Shown: piece by piece, positions 32,055-41,660 of the stretch
Numbering within the stretch: the first letter of the stretch is position 1
Layout: the number at the start of each line of letters is the position of its first letter
Notes under the pieces: model-generated
Seen by the model: the letters and a program-made list of their open reading frames with translations, nothing else
What the model was told of the DNA's origin: nothing
Databases searched by the model: none
Made by a program: the position numbers and the translations under genes
Assembly: GCA_013334975.1 (NCBI GenBank)
Contig: JAAXWL010000001.1
Coordinates: forward strand, 11,921 to 75,920
From: Chlorobiaceae bacterium
Lineage (GTDB): Bacteria; Bacteroidota; Chlorobiia; Chlorobiales; Chlorobiaceae
DNA: 64,000 nucleotides
Reading direction: 5' to 3'

Positions 32055-32333
32055 ATGCCGCAATTCAGGGTCGGTGACTCAATCGTGTACCATAAACCAA
32101 AAAGTTCCGTCTCCCCAGGACCGCGAGCCAGACAGGTCTACCCCCTTCAACATGGCGAACATTACCACTATGTGGTAGACAAATACTGGAAAGTAACTTC
32201 GGTCAATGAGGATGGTACGATTGAAGTCGTTACCCGTACCGGTAAAAGGCATGTTCTGACGGTCAACGATCCCAATATCAGCAAAGCACATCCCCTGCAG
32301 CAGCTTTTTCACCGAAAGCGCTTCCCCAATTGA
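32055..32333 (+). CDS. Hypothetical protein (92 aa, SH3/KOW-like beta composition)
   Basis: Strong RBS AAGGAGG, ATG, FRVGDSIVY start. Confidence 0.7.
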   Translation: MPQFRVGDSIVYHKPKSSVSPGPRARQVYPLQHGEHYHYVVDKYWKVTSVNEDGTIEVVTRTGKRHVLTVNDPNISKAHPLQQLFHRKRFPN

Positions 32334-32357
32334 ACAGAAAACTGTTTCGGAAGAAGA

Positions 32358-32591
32358 TCAATTATCCCATTCTCCGACCGGCTCTGTTCCGGCCCGGAGG
32401 TGTTTGACTTCCGTATCAAACCAGAGTGGTTTTTCATGTCGCAGCATGCTGGCAACGACATGGAACTCTGCCGGGTCGATAAACAGATGGTTTTCAATGA
32501 GTTGATTGCTTGAATCATACAGAGCGATTCTTCCCTTGTGAGCCGCCAGATCCCAGCGGCTGTAATAACTTGATACGAGTATGTTTGCCAT
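32358..32591 (-). CDS. Small hypothetical protein (77 aa)
   Basis: Co-directional downstream of the pentapeptide gene; natural composition, ends EPVGEWDN. Confidence 0.6.
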   Translation of the reverse strand: MANILVSSYYSRWDLAAHKGRIALYDSSNQLIENHLFIDPAEFHVVASMLRHEKPLWFDTEVKHLRAGTEPVGEWDN

Positions 32592-32647
32592 GGTTCTACC
32601 GTTATCGGTTGCTGAATGGGCTGATACGTGGCCACAGGCCTGGTGGC

Positions 32648-33958
32648 TTATTGCTCAGTGAAACGGGCCTGGTGAAGGTTTGCCCAGCTTCTGGTCGCCC
32701 TGTTTCCTGATGGGGTTATGGTTGTGGCTGAAATGAGCGCATTGCTGAGGTTTGCACCAACCAGGTTTGCGCTGGTCAGGTCTGTTCCTCTGAGCGAGGC
32801 TTTTTCGAGGTTGGCGTCGAAGAGCGATGCGTTGGTCAGGTTTGCGCCATCGAGATTGGCGCCGCCGAGCTCAGTACCGGAGAGTATGGCTCCCTTAAGG
32901 TTTGCATGGGAAAGGGTGGCATTTTTAAGGAATGCCCTGTCGAGTGAGGCGCCTTCAAGATCAGCCTGGTTTAAATTGGCTTCCATAAGGTCCGCCCGAT
33001 GGAAGTTTACACGGGCAAGTGATGCTCCTGCAAGATTTGCCCTGTTGAGATTGGCTTTTTCGAAATCCGATTGAGTCAGATCAGCATTGCCCAGATCAAC
33101 TCCTTCAAGATTGGTATGACTGAGTTTTTCCCCTTGCATTACCACAGGGGCACCCGGATTGAGCTGTCTCATGGCATTCCATGGTGCTACCTCCCTGACG
33201 TCTGGCGTTGGCTGGAGATTGGGCGAGTTTGGCGGTTCATTCGGTTTCTGTCCCGAAATGATCTTTTGCGGGAGTACCGTGCGCGGAGAGTCTGCCGGGG
33301 GAGAGGCCGGTTCCTCCCTTACAAAACGGCAGTCGTTTCTTGCTGCCCACCCCTTCGATGCTGGTTCACCGGAAGGCAGCAGGGTTTGGTTCGAAACAAC
33401 AGCATCCCTGAGTATGGCGCTTTCCAGAAACGTGGCTTGTGCAAACGAGGCTCCTTTCAGGTTCGCTTTTTCGAAATCGGCTTCAAACAGGGTGGCCTTT
33501 TTCATACTGGCCTGTTCCAGATCGGTTTTCAGGAGTTTTGCCCATCGCAGGTTCGCACCGTCAAGATTGGCCCCTTTTAATCTTGCCTCGTTCATAAAGG
33601 CGCCGTTCATGTTTGAACCGGCGAGCCAGGCATGTGAGGCATCAGTCGATTTCATGCTGGTTTTTTTCAGGTATGCCATCGACAGGTTCGCTCCGTTCAG
33701 GTTCGCACGATCAAGGGTTGCTCCACTCAGTTCCGCCCTGGAAAGATCTGCGTTCCTGAGGTCAGCGTTCCGGAGGTCCGTGTTGCCGAGATCCGCTTTG
33801 GAGAGGTCAACGGGTAGCTCAGGATGTTCATTTCGCCAGGCATTCCACTTGACGATCGTGCTCCGAAGCAGGGTAAGCTGTTCACGGTCATAGGCGTAGG
33901 CTGCATTGATAGTCGTCAGGCAGGCAAGGAGTATTGCCGGTATGGAATATTTAGTCAT
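32648..33958 (-). CDS. Exported pentapeptide-repeat protein
   Basis: Signal-like N-terminus; two blocks of A(D/N)Lxx repeats separated by a Pro-rich linker. Confidence 0.9.
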   Translation of the reverse strand: MTKYSIPAILLACLTTINAAYAYDREQLTLLRSTIVKWNAWRNEHPELPVDLSKADLGNTDLRNADLRNADLSRAELSGATLDRANLNGANLSMAYLKKTSMKSTDASHAWLAGSNMNGAFMNEARLKGANLDGANLRWAKLLKTDLEQASMKKATLFEADFEKANLKGASFAQATFLESAILRDAVVSNQTLLPSGEPASKGWAARNDCRFVREEPASPPADSPRTVLPQKIISGQKPNEPPNSPNLQPTPDVREVAPWNAMRQLNPGAPVVMQGEKLSHTNLEGVDLGNADLTQSDFEKANLNRANLAGASLARVNFHRADLMEANLNQADLEGASLDRAFLKNATLSHANLKGAILSGTELGGANLDGANLTNASLFDANLEKASLRGTDLTSANLVGANLSNALISATTITPSGNRATRSWANLHQARFTEQ

Positions 33959-34165
33959 GGTTCAGGAGCCTTGAATCGATCGGTCTGTCAGAGGGTTCAG
34001 TACGACAATGCATGATTGGCTGTGCGTCAAGTTAATGAAAAAGAGCGTGTCCATTGGCATGGGTTTTCTGCAGTCTGTAAAAAAACAGGTCCGCCCGAAT
34101 GGAAACGGAATGCGCGCCCGTCAGGATCCTATAACGTTATCTGAAAGAAAAAAAGGAAAAACGAA

Positions 34166-34866
34166 ATGGCGGACAAGTCAGGATACGGCGGCAGGGTGCT
34201 CGTGGCCGGTGCTACCGGAAGGACGGGAAGCAGGGTGGTCAGGCGATTGCTGCATTACGGTGTTCTGGTGAGAGTGTTTGTTCGTTCAGCAGAGAAGGCG
34301 CTGGAGATGTTTGGCGGGGCAGTTGAAATGAGTGTCGGAAAATCCAGGATCGTGATGCCGTCAGAAGGGCGATCGAAGGGTGTGAGGCGGTTATTTCAGC
34401 GCTCGGATCGGATTCATTGAGCGGAGAGTCTTCTCCTTCTGAGGTTGATCGGGCAGGTGCGATACTTCTGGCAGATGAGGCGGCCAGTGCAGGGGTTCGA
34501 CATTTTGCGATGGTCAGCTCTCTTGCGGTGACCAGATGGTATCACCCACTCAATCTGTTTGCCGGTGTGCTGAGCATGAAACTTGCCGCCGAGGAGCATG
34601 TGCGTAAAGTTATTTCTGCTGACGGTCGCTCCTGGACCATTATCCGCCCGGGGGGACTCAGGGACGGGGAGCCGCTCCTGCACCGGCTTCATGTTGAACA
34701 GGGAGACCGGCTGTGGAACGGCTGGATCAACCGGTCGGATGTGGCCGAACTGGCGGTGCTTTCGCTTTGGGTCGAAAATGCTCTAAACAAGGTATTTGAG
34801 GTGGTCAACGAAGCGGATGAAGAGCGGCGCGCTCTTGACGGTTATTTTGACAGGCTTTCAGGGTGA
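34166..34866 (+). pseudogene. NAD(P)-binding atypical SDR (Tic62/Ycf39/NmrA-like) split by a 1-base frameshift
   Basis: GATGRTG in ORF 34166-34420; one extra A in run 34339-34342 restores GKIQDRDAVRRAIEGCEAVISALG continuous with ORF 34417-34866 (MVSS, K..AEE, IIRPGGL, INRSDVA). Confidence 0.8.
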
Positions 34867-34933
34867 GTTGAGCGAGCGGACCCGCCAGAAGAGAGCCGAC
34901 GGGTCCGGTACACAGAAAAGAGTGAAACGCGTT

Positions 34934-35254
34934 TCAGTTTTTTTGTCCAGGTATGACGCTGCCGATGGCGTGAAGGGTGGCGTCGGTTACGGACTGTGCA
35001 ACTGAAACGACAGAGCCTGAGAGTGTCCCGGCCAGGTTTACCAGTGATTCGGCAGCCGTGCTGGCAGTGCTCCCCAGTGTGCTGACCGATGCCGAGGCAA
35101 CTTCGGTCAACTGTTGTGTTGCACGGGTGATCGCCGGTGTCACGGATTTGATGGTATCCGAAACCAGGTTGATCTGACTGACCCAAAGATCGGCCATGCT
35201 TTTCACAGCGAAGTCGAAAGACTTCATCGTGTCGATTTTTTCTTCGTTTGCCAT
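34934..35254 (-). CDS. csmD: Chlorosome envelope protein D
   Basis: N-terminus EEKIDTMKSFDFAVKS matches CsmD as recalled; downstream of csmE. Confidence 0.8.
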   Translation of the reverse strand: MANEEKIDTMKSFDFAVKSMADLWVSQINLVSDTIKSVTPAITRATQQLTEVASASVSTLGSTASTAAESLVNLAGTLSGSVVSVAQSVTDATLHAIGSVIPGQKN

Positions 35255-35376
35255 GATGTTTTTCTCCTGTGGTTCAACGTTGAGGCTGGTACGCTCTGAC
35301 GTTTTCCATGATTATGTTGAGGATGATAAGAGATAAAGGCAGAGAGTTCCGACGTCCCACGTGATGCCGTTGATTT

Positions 35377-35412
35377 ATCCGTATCCAAATCGGTATCGGT
35401 ATCCAAATCGGT
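35377..35412. repeat. Six ATCNNN hexamers (ATCCGT ATCCAA ATCGGT ATCGGT ATCCAA ATCGGT)
   Basis: Read directly; same vocabulary recurs at 58397 and 58546. Confidence 0.85.
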
Positions 35413-35581
35413 ATTTTTTCAAAACAGGATACCTGCTTTAGTGTTATCTGTCAGAATTTAATGGTTTTATGATACTCAATCACCATACCCGGTGAATTTC
35501 CTTTTTTCTCTTCAGAGGGTACTTGATACCGGTGATTAAGGCCATGTCGATTTATTGCCTTTGCGGCGACACCAGGTAAAT

Positions 35582-35607
35582 AAAAAAAGGGACATTTCTG
35601 CCCCTTT
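35582..35607 (-). terminator. Intrinsic terminator after csmE
   Basis: Minus strand AAAGGGGCA-GAAA-TGTCCCTTT followed by T run. Confidence 0.7.
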
Positions 35608-35626
35608 GTCGTCATGTCCCGGATAC

Positions 35627-35875
35627 TCAGTCTCTGAAACGACTCGTTATCTCTTTTGTCGGCGTAGCCAACCCCGAAGATGCCGGAGAGGAACCTCTCA
35701 GTCCTGCACCGCCTCCGTAAAGATAGGGATAGGCGTTCGCACCAAGTCTTTTGGTGGTTTTCCCGACATTTTCGAGGGCGTCACCGACTACCCACCAGTG
35801 CCCATCAATAAAAACCTCAAGAAATCTGCCATAGGCTTCAGCACCTTGTACAAATGCTCCCGCTGAATTGTTCAT
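35627..35875 (-). CDS. csmE: Chlorosome envelope protein E (CsmA family)
   Basis: GAFVQGAEAYGRFLEVFIDGHWWVVGDALE; CsmA-like GH motif and GSSP..SG.ATPTKE tail. Confidence 0.88.
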   Translation of the reverse strand: MNNSAGAFVQGAEAYGRFLEVFIDGHWWVVGDALENVGKTTKRLGANAYPYLYGGGAGLRGSSPASSGLATPTKEITSRFRD

Positions 35876-35968
35876 AGTGAGGATTCCCCTGTTAATGAAT
35901 TACTCTTCTTTAGCTCAAGGTAAAAAAAATAATGTACCGGAACAACAGGCATTATTTCTCTGCTTCGG

Positions 35969-36331
35969 TCAATCCAGCAATCTCAGGCTCATGAGCAACT
36001 CCTGCCCACTGAAAGGCTTCTTGAGCGTAGCGTTGGCGCCCACAGCATCGGCCAGAAGCAGGAAATTTTCAGGGCCGACTTTTCCGCCCCCGGAAATGGC
36101 TAGAATTTTCAGTGAGGGATTCAATTTCCGGATTTCCATAATTGTCTCTATTCCCTCTTTTTCGGGCATGAGCAGATCGGTGATGATGATGGCGATGTCT
36201 TTTTCCTCCTGAAGTCTTTTCAGGCCTTCTTTGCCGTTTTCAGCTTCGGTCACGGTGAAATTTTCCCTTTTCAGTGTCGTGGAGATGAACTTTCTGACCG
36301 ATGGGTCGTCGTCGATAACCAGTATTTTCAT
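35969..36331 (-). CDS. Single-domain response regulator (receiver only)
   Basis: ILVIDDD, IITDLLMPEKEG, ISGGG, LKKPF. Confidence 0.93.
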   Translation of the reverse strand: MKILVIDDDPSVRKFISTTLKRENFTVTEAENGKEGLKRLQEEKDIAIIITDLLMPEKEGIETIMEIRKLNPSLKILAISGGGKVGPENFLLLADAVGANATLKKPFSGQELLMSLRLLD

Positions 36332-38403
36332 GTTGTTTTACTTAAGTTGGTTGCTGAAAGAACTTCATTGATCGTCGCTGCGAGTTGTACAAGTTTGACG
36401 GGCTTTTTGAGCAAACGGCTGATTCCGAAATGACTCAGCGGGGTGTCATGATCGATGATCTTACCATAACCCGTCATCAGGATGACCGGGGTTTCAGGTG
36501 AAATTTTACGCAGTTCTGCCGCAAGTTGCAAGCCGGTCATTTCGGGCATGGTCAGATCGGTGATGACCAGATCGTATGCCCCCGGATGATCCCTGAACAG
36601 CTTCAGGGCTGCGATCGGCGATTGTTCAGCCTTGATGCTGAACCCGAGTTTTGTCATCATGATCGTCATCATATGAACCGCAGCTGGTTCATCATCGACA
36701 AAGAGTACGCTGCCGGTACTGGTGATGAATCGCAGCTTTTCTATGGGTTCGGTGGGGTGGTTTTCATCGATTAATGGCAGATAGACATGGAAGCTCGATC
36801 CCTTTGCCTTGACACTTTCTACGGTGATTTGTCCGTTTGCGCCGGTAACGATTCCATGAACGACCGAAAGACCAAGGCCGGTTCCTTTATCGATCGATTT
36901 TGTGGTAAAGAACGGTTCGAAAACACGCTCCATGGTGATGTCGTCCATACCGGTTCCGGTATCGGAAACGGTCAGTTCTGCATAGCTTGTTTCAGGAAGT
37001 TTGAGCATGGCGAGTGTACGGTCGCTCTCCTGGTGCACCTCTTTCAGGTCGATCCGCAACGTGCCGCCGGTATGTTCCATGGCATGAAATGCATTGGTGC
37101 AGAGGTTCACAATGACCTGGTGAATCTGGGAGGGATCAGCAAGAACATTCCTGCACGATTGATCGATGCCTTGTTCGATGGAAATAGTCGATGGCAGTGA
37201 TGGCCTGAGCAATTTGATGGCTTCGATGATGATGGACTGTATGTTAACCGGTGCAGGTTTTCCATCCTGGGCCCTGCTGAACGTGAGAATCTGTGCGACC
37301 AGTTTCTGCGCGCGTTCGGCAGCCTGCATGATTTCGGTGAGATAGTCGTGCAGCGGGTCGTCCTCGGTAATGGTTGCAAGTCCCATTTCTGAATAACCGA
37401 GGATTGGGGTCAGAATATTGTTGAAATCGTGGGCTATGCCGCCAGCAAGGGTTCCGATGGTTTCCAGCCGCTGAGATTTGCGTAATTGCGATTCAAGCCG
37501 ACGAGTCTCCTCCTGTGAGGCGATCCGTTCGCTGATGTCATAAAGTATGCCGTCAATGCCTGCATACTGACCTTCGTCCGTGAATGTGGATGTTTTGTGA
37601 TCCTCGACCCAGAGGAAGTTGTTCTGTGGGGTTAAAAGCCGGTAGATCAGCGTTAAAGAGTGTTTTTTCTCTTTGAGGATCCGGTAGGATGCGTTTACCT
37701 TCTGCCGATCGTCGGGGTGTACCATGGAAATCATGTCGATGAACTGTGGCTCATGGCTTCCGGGATCGGAGGAGAGAAGAAGCTCTGTTGATCGGGAGAG
37801 TACCGTGGTGAGGCCGGAAGCGTCAATGTGATAGACCGAGCCTGGGATGTTGTCGATGAGGGACTGAAGCTCTCTTTCGCTGTTTTTTTGTTTTGTTTTG
37901 CTGTTTTGCATCCCCCGTTCTGTTTCAAATGGCTGGCGAGAGCCAACAACTCGTGATGGTCTGCCTTGTGAATCATATCCAAGCGTCTTGCCGCGATCGA
38001 TCACCCGTACCCAGGTGCCTGTTTTGTGTCGTACCCTTATAACGAGCTCAAAAAAATCCGGATTTCCATGGATATGCTCTTCGAGTGATGTGAACGCGAC
38101 GTCGATATCCTCGGGATGGCAAAGTTCTTTCCACTGATCGATGGAGAAAGGGGTGAGCTCTTCGGGATGATAGCCTGTTAGGTCGGCCCATTGTCTGTCG
38201 ATCCTTACTAAACCGGTTTCGAGGTTCCATTCCCAGTATCCGACGCGGGCAGCCTCAAGAGCTGTCCGCAAAGCCTGAACCTTCGGTTCGGCAAACGCAG
38301 CACGATGTTCGGGCAACACAATATCATGCCAACTCGCCTCACAGTGGTTATTCATTGCCGTATCGGTGATACCCTCAGGTGTTTCAGGTTTGTAACGCTC
38401 CAT
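36328..38403 (-). CDS. Cytoplasmic hybrid histidine kinase, 2x PAS-HisKA-HATPase-REC
   Basis: PAS CHPED and VHPDD; H-box AHDFNNIL; [26 protein letters not shown]; receiver VDDE..TDLTMP..KP. Confidence 0.95.
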   Translation of the reverse strand: MERYKPETPEGITDTAMNNHCEASWHDIVLPEHRAAFAEPKVQALRTALEAARVGYWEWNLETGLVRIDRQWADLTGYHPEELTPFSIDQWKELCHPEDIDVAFTSLEEHIHGNPDFFELVIRVRHKTGTWVRVIDRGKTLGYDSQGRPSRVVGSRQPFETERGMQNSKTKQKNSERELQSLIDNIPGSVYHIDASGLTTVLSRSTELLLSSDPGSHEPQFIDMISMVHPDDRQKVNASYRILKEKKHSLTLIYRLLTPQNNFLWVEDHKTSTFTDEGQYAGIDGILYDISERIASQEETRRLESQLRKSQRLETIGTLAGGIAHDFNNILTPILGYSEMGLATITEDDPLHDYLTEIMQAAERAQKLVAQILTFSRAQDGKPAPVNIQSIIIEAIKLLRPSLPSTISIEQGIDQSCRNVLADPSQIHQVIVNLCTNAFHAMEHTGGTLRIDLKEVHQESDRTLAMLKLPETSYAELTVSDTGTGMDDITMERVFEPFFTTKSIDKGTGLGLSVVHGIVTGANGQITVESVKAKGSSFHVYLPLIDENHPTEPIEKLRFITSTGSVLFVDDEPAAVHMMTIMMTKLGFSIKAEQSPIAALKLFRDHPGAYDLVITDLTMPEMTGLQLAAELRKISPETPVILMTGYGKIIDHDTPLSHFGISRLLKKPVKLVQLAATINEVLSATNLSKTT

Positions 38404-38541
38404 TACCGAAAATTTATACCTTGGCGTCCTGCTGTATACTGAATTGCTGTTCGCGGGCTGACGCTGGTCCGAACAACCGGAGTCTGTCAGGTTTGGTCCG
38501 GGTTGGACAAAAGAGCAGACCGGCCATGATACCGTGCTTGC

Positions 38542-38919
38542 TTAACGGTTGAGTTCTTCAATGACGCTCAGCAGTTCACCACTGCCGAAAGGCTTGCTGA
38601 TGGTTGCATCGGCTCCCATGACTTTGGCCAGATTAAGATAGCTTTCCGGAATGCATATACCGCCACCTGATATAGCCACGATTCTTATCCATGGAAAATC
38701 TTTTCTGATCTCGCTGATGGTTTCGATTCCCTCTTTCTCCGGCATCAGAAGATCGGTAATGACAATGCGGAAATCGGGGTTTTTTCTGAGCAGCAGGAGA
38801 CCTTCATTACCGTTCGATGCCTGCAAAGTCGAGTATCCGTCATCTTCCAGAATATCGCAGATCATCTGCCGTATATCTTCCTCATCCTCGATTACCAGGA
38901 TGGGGTCATTGCTTTTCAT
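38542..38919 (-). CDS. Single-domain response regulator (receiver only)
   Basis: ILVIEDE, VITDLLMPEKEG, ISGGG, ISKPF. Confidence 0.93.
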   Translation of the reverse strand: MKSNDPILVIEDEEDIRQMICDILEDDGYSTLQASNGNEGLLLLRKNPDFRIVITDLLMPEKEGIETISEIRKDFPWIRIVAISGGGICIPESYLNLAKVMGADATISKPFGSGELLSVIEELNR

Positions 38920-39039
38920 GGTCGGTAGTGTCTTTTACAGGTTTATGAAATCGAATGATTCCTGGTTTCTCTGGTCTGCTGAAAGGTGCCGTGCCGGTGC
39001 CCTGTACAGGGAAGATAGTTTATTGTCAGATAAATAAAT

Positions 39040-40449
39040 TTATTCAGCTTTCAAAGAGTTCCTGCCGGATTGCAACGCTTCAATACCGACCGTGGTCAGC
39101 AGGTTGACGATTACCGAAACCATAATGTACCAGGTCCATGCCAGACCGAGAAATTTGAGCAGGAAGACAACCCCCATACTGGCCAGCAGTCCGGTGACCA
39201 GGCTGGATGCATGGTAGCTCTTTTCACTTCTGGAGAGCAGGAAAAGTCCAAGAAGGCCTCCATAGGTGAAAGATGCTATTTCCAGACCAACCATGACAAT
39301 CGCTTCGTTACTTTCGTCAAAAAGCAGCGCAACGATGATAAGGACAACTGCCCAGGCAAGGCTGATGATTCTTGACTTGCCCAGACTGACCTTTCCGCCG
39401 AGGATATCGTTAACCGTCGATGATGCAAGGGAGTTGATGGCTGAACTGTGTGTTGACATGGCTGCCGAGAGCACTCCTGCGACAAGCAGACCTTTGAGTC
39501 CCACGGGCAGGTAATGGACGATAAAGAAGGCGAATTCGCGATCTTTCTGCTGAACGGCTCCGTGCATGAACAGCCAGATCAGAGAGCCGACAAGCAGGAA
39601 TACCGAGAACTGGAAAAGTACGAACAAGCCGCTGCCAATCATGGCTTTTCTTGCCGAATTGAGATTCCTGCAGCCCAGCACTCGTTGTACCATCATGTAA
39701 TCGACGCCGTGAGAGGAGAGCGAGAGCAGGGTTCCGCCAAAGAATGCGCTGACAAACGCGAGTGGTTTTGAGAAAATGTGCGTGTCAGGATTGATGATTT
39801 TCAGTTTGCCAGCCTGAATCAGTTGGCTGACCATGTCGGGCAGCGGCATGTCAATGCTCCGTAAAAGAAATGCGATGGAGACGAGCCCTCCGAGCAGGTA
39901 AAGGCCGAACTGGAAACTTTCGAGCCAGACTACGGCCTTGAGACCGCCAGAAAGAGTATAGACGAGCGTGACTGTTCCGATGATGATGATCGAGAGCGGC
40001 AGTGGCCAACCGGTGACCACCTGAACCACGACACCTGCTGCCAGGAAACGTATGGCGTCACCGAGCGTTCTGGTTATCAGGAAGACGACTGCAGCGACTT
40101 TGTGCATTTCCGGTCCGAACCGGATGCCTATGACCTCGTAGATGGAGCTGACGCCATGCCTGAAATACATCGGCAGCAGGACGAAGCTGACCAGAATCCT
40201 GCCGACGATATAACCCATGGCAAGCTGCAGAAATGTCCAGTCACCCCGGTACGCTAATCCGGGAACGCTCACGAAGGTCAGAACCGAGGTCTCTGAAGCG
40301 ACGATGGAGAGCATCGAGGCGATCCATGGCAGTTTATGCCCTCCAAGAAAGTAGTCGCCGGTGCTTTTGTTGCTTTTTCCGTGCCAAAGGCCGAACAAGG
40401 TGTTTCCTGCCAGAAACATCATGACGATGGCAAGGTCGATGGGTTGCAT
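39040..40449 (-). CDS. Sodium:solute symporter family transporter
   Basis: DYFLGG..LPW..SMLSIVASETS..TFVSVPG, MVQRVL, LSAAMST. Confidence 0.92.
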   Translation of the reverse strand: MQPIDLAIVMMFLAGNTLFGLWHGKSNKSTGDYFLGGHKLPWIASMLSIVASETSVLTFVSVPGLAYRGDWTFLQLAMGYIVGRILVSFVLLPMYFRHGVSSIYEVIGIRFGPEMHKVAAVVFLITRTLGDAIRFLAAGVVVQVVTGWPLPLSIIIIGTVTLVYTLSGGLKAVVWLESFQFGLYLLGGLVSIAFLLRSIDMPLPDMVSQLIQAGKLKIINPDTHIFSKPLAFVSAFFGGTLLSLSSHGVDYMMVQRVLGCRNLNSARKAMIGSGLFVLFQFSVFLLVGSLIWLFMHGAVQQKDREFAFFIVHYLPVGLKGLLVAGVLSAAMSTHSSAINSLASSTVNDILGGKVSLGKSRIISLAWAVVLIIVALLFDESNEAIVMVGLEIASFTYGGLLGLFLLSRSEKSYHASSLVTGLLASMGVVFLLKFLGLAWTWYIMVSVIVNLLTTVGIEALQSGRNSLKAE

Positions 40450-40466
40450 GGTTGATTATTTCCGTA

Positions 40467-41633
40467 TCAGTTTTCGTAAAGGTGGAAATCGGATTTGATC
40501 GAGGCGAATGCCGTTTCCTCATTGCTCCATGAGTCGATAACGGTTTCTGCAGGGCAACCATTGAGGATCATGGAACGTATGGTACTGCTGCCGGCAAGCA
40601 GGTCGAATGCAGGCAGGTCATTCCTGAATTCATAGACTCCCTCCAGAAAAGTGAGGCTTGTCGGCCAGAGCTCTCGAAGAGTGCAGGTCATGGCCACGCC
40701 CGTGGCAAATGCTCTGAAGCGTTTGTGGTCAGTGACATGCAGGTAGATGCCGCCGATCACTTCGTCATGGTACTTGTGAAAGGTTGGTCTGAACCAGGTT
40801 GGTCTGAAAGTGACCCCTTCAAGTGGTAAAGACGAGAGTCGGGAGGCCAGCTCGAACGGATCGACGAAGGGGGCGCCGCTCAGGAGAAAGGGGGTGGTGG
40901 TGCCCCGGCCTTCCGAGAGGTTGAGACCCTCGAAAAGGCACATGCCGGGATAGACTTCGGCAACCTGGAACGAGGGCATGTTGGGTGATGGCGGTACCCA
41001 CGGAAGTCCGGTTTCAGGAAAGAGCATGCTGCGCGACCAGCCCTGCATGGCAATGACGCTCAGGTTGATATCGAGTTTTCGGTAGCTCCGGTAAAAATGG
41101 GCGATCTCGCCGGCGGTAAGGCCGTGTCGTACCGGTACGGGCATCACGCCGACGAATGAGTGGAATGCCGGGTCGAGCAGCGGCCCCTCGATTATGGTTC
41201 CGCCGAGTGGATTCGGGCGGTCGAGCACCATGATTTCGATGTCCAGTCCTTCGGCGGCCTCCATGAACAGGGCGAGTGTGTTGAGATAGGTATAGTAACG
41301 CGATCCGATGTCCTGGATGTCAAAAAGCACCACCTCGAGCCCTTCAAGAAGCGATCGGTCGGGCAGGAGTGACTGTTCGTTTTCGCCATAAAGGCTCACG
41401 ATTTCACAGCCGGTCTCCGGCTGTCGGGTGACGGCTATCTGATCCTGCTCGGTTGCAAAAAGGCCGTGTTCCGGCGAGAAGATGCGGGTCAGGCTGATTC
41501 CTTCCCGAACGAGCCCTCTCCATGAGTAGTCAAGCTCGCCGGAAACCGAAGTCTGATTGGCGATCAGGCCGGTGCGACGGTGATTGAGCAGTCCGGTATT
41601 GCGGAGCAGTAGGTCGAGACCGTTGATGACCAT
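40467..41633 (-). CDS. namZ: Exo-beta-N-acetylmuramidase NamZ family (DUF1343)
   Basis: IFSPEHG, DIQDIGSRYYTY, VLDRPNP, RHGLTAGE, WVPPSPNMP, SEGRGTT. Confidence 0.88.
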   Translation of the reverse strand: MVINGLDLLLRNTGLLNHRRTGLIANQTSVSGELDYSWRGLVREGISLTRIFSPEHGLFATEQDQIAVTRQPETGCEIVSLYGENEQSLLPDRSLLEGLEVVLFDIQDIGSRYYTYLNTLALFMEAAEGLDIEIMVLDRPNPLGGTIIEGPLLDPAFHSFVGVMPVPVRHGLTAGEIAHFYRSYRKLDINLSVIAMQGWSRSMLFPETGLPWVPPSPNMPSFQVAEVYPGMCLFEGLNLSEGRGTTTPFLLSGAPFVDPFELASRLSSLPLEGVTFRPTWFRPTFHKYHDEVIGGIYLHVTDHKRFRAFATGVAMTCTLRELWPTSLTFLEGVYEFRNDLPAFDLLAGSSTIRSMILNGCPAETVIDSWSNEETAFASIKSDFHLYEN

Positions 41634-41660
41634 GTCGTTGCTGTTTATGCTGTAAAGAGT

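Noticed and set aside
35224-35406. ORF beginning MDTDTDLDTD
   Set aside because: Translation of the hexamer array; overlaps csmD.
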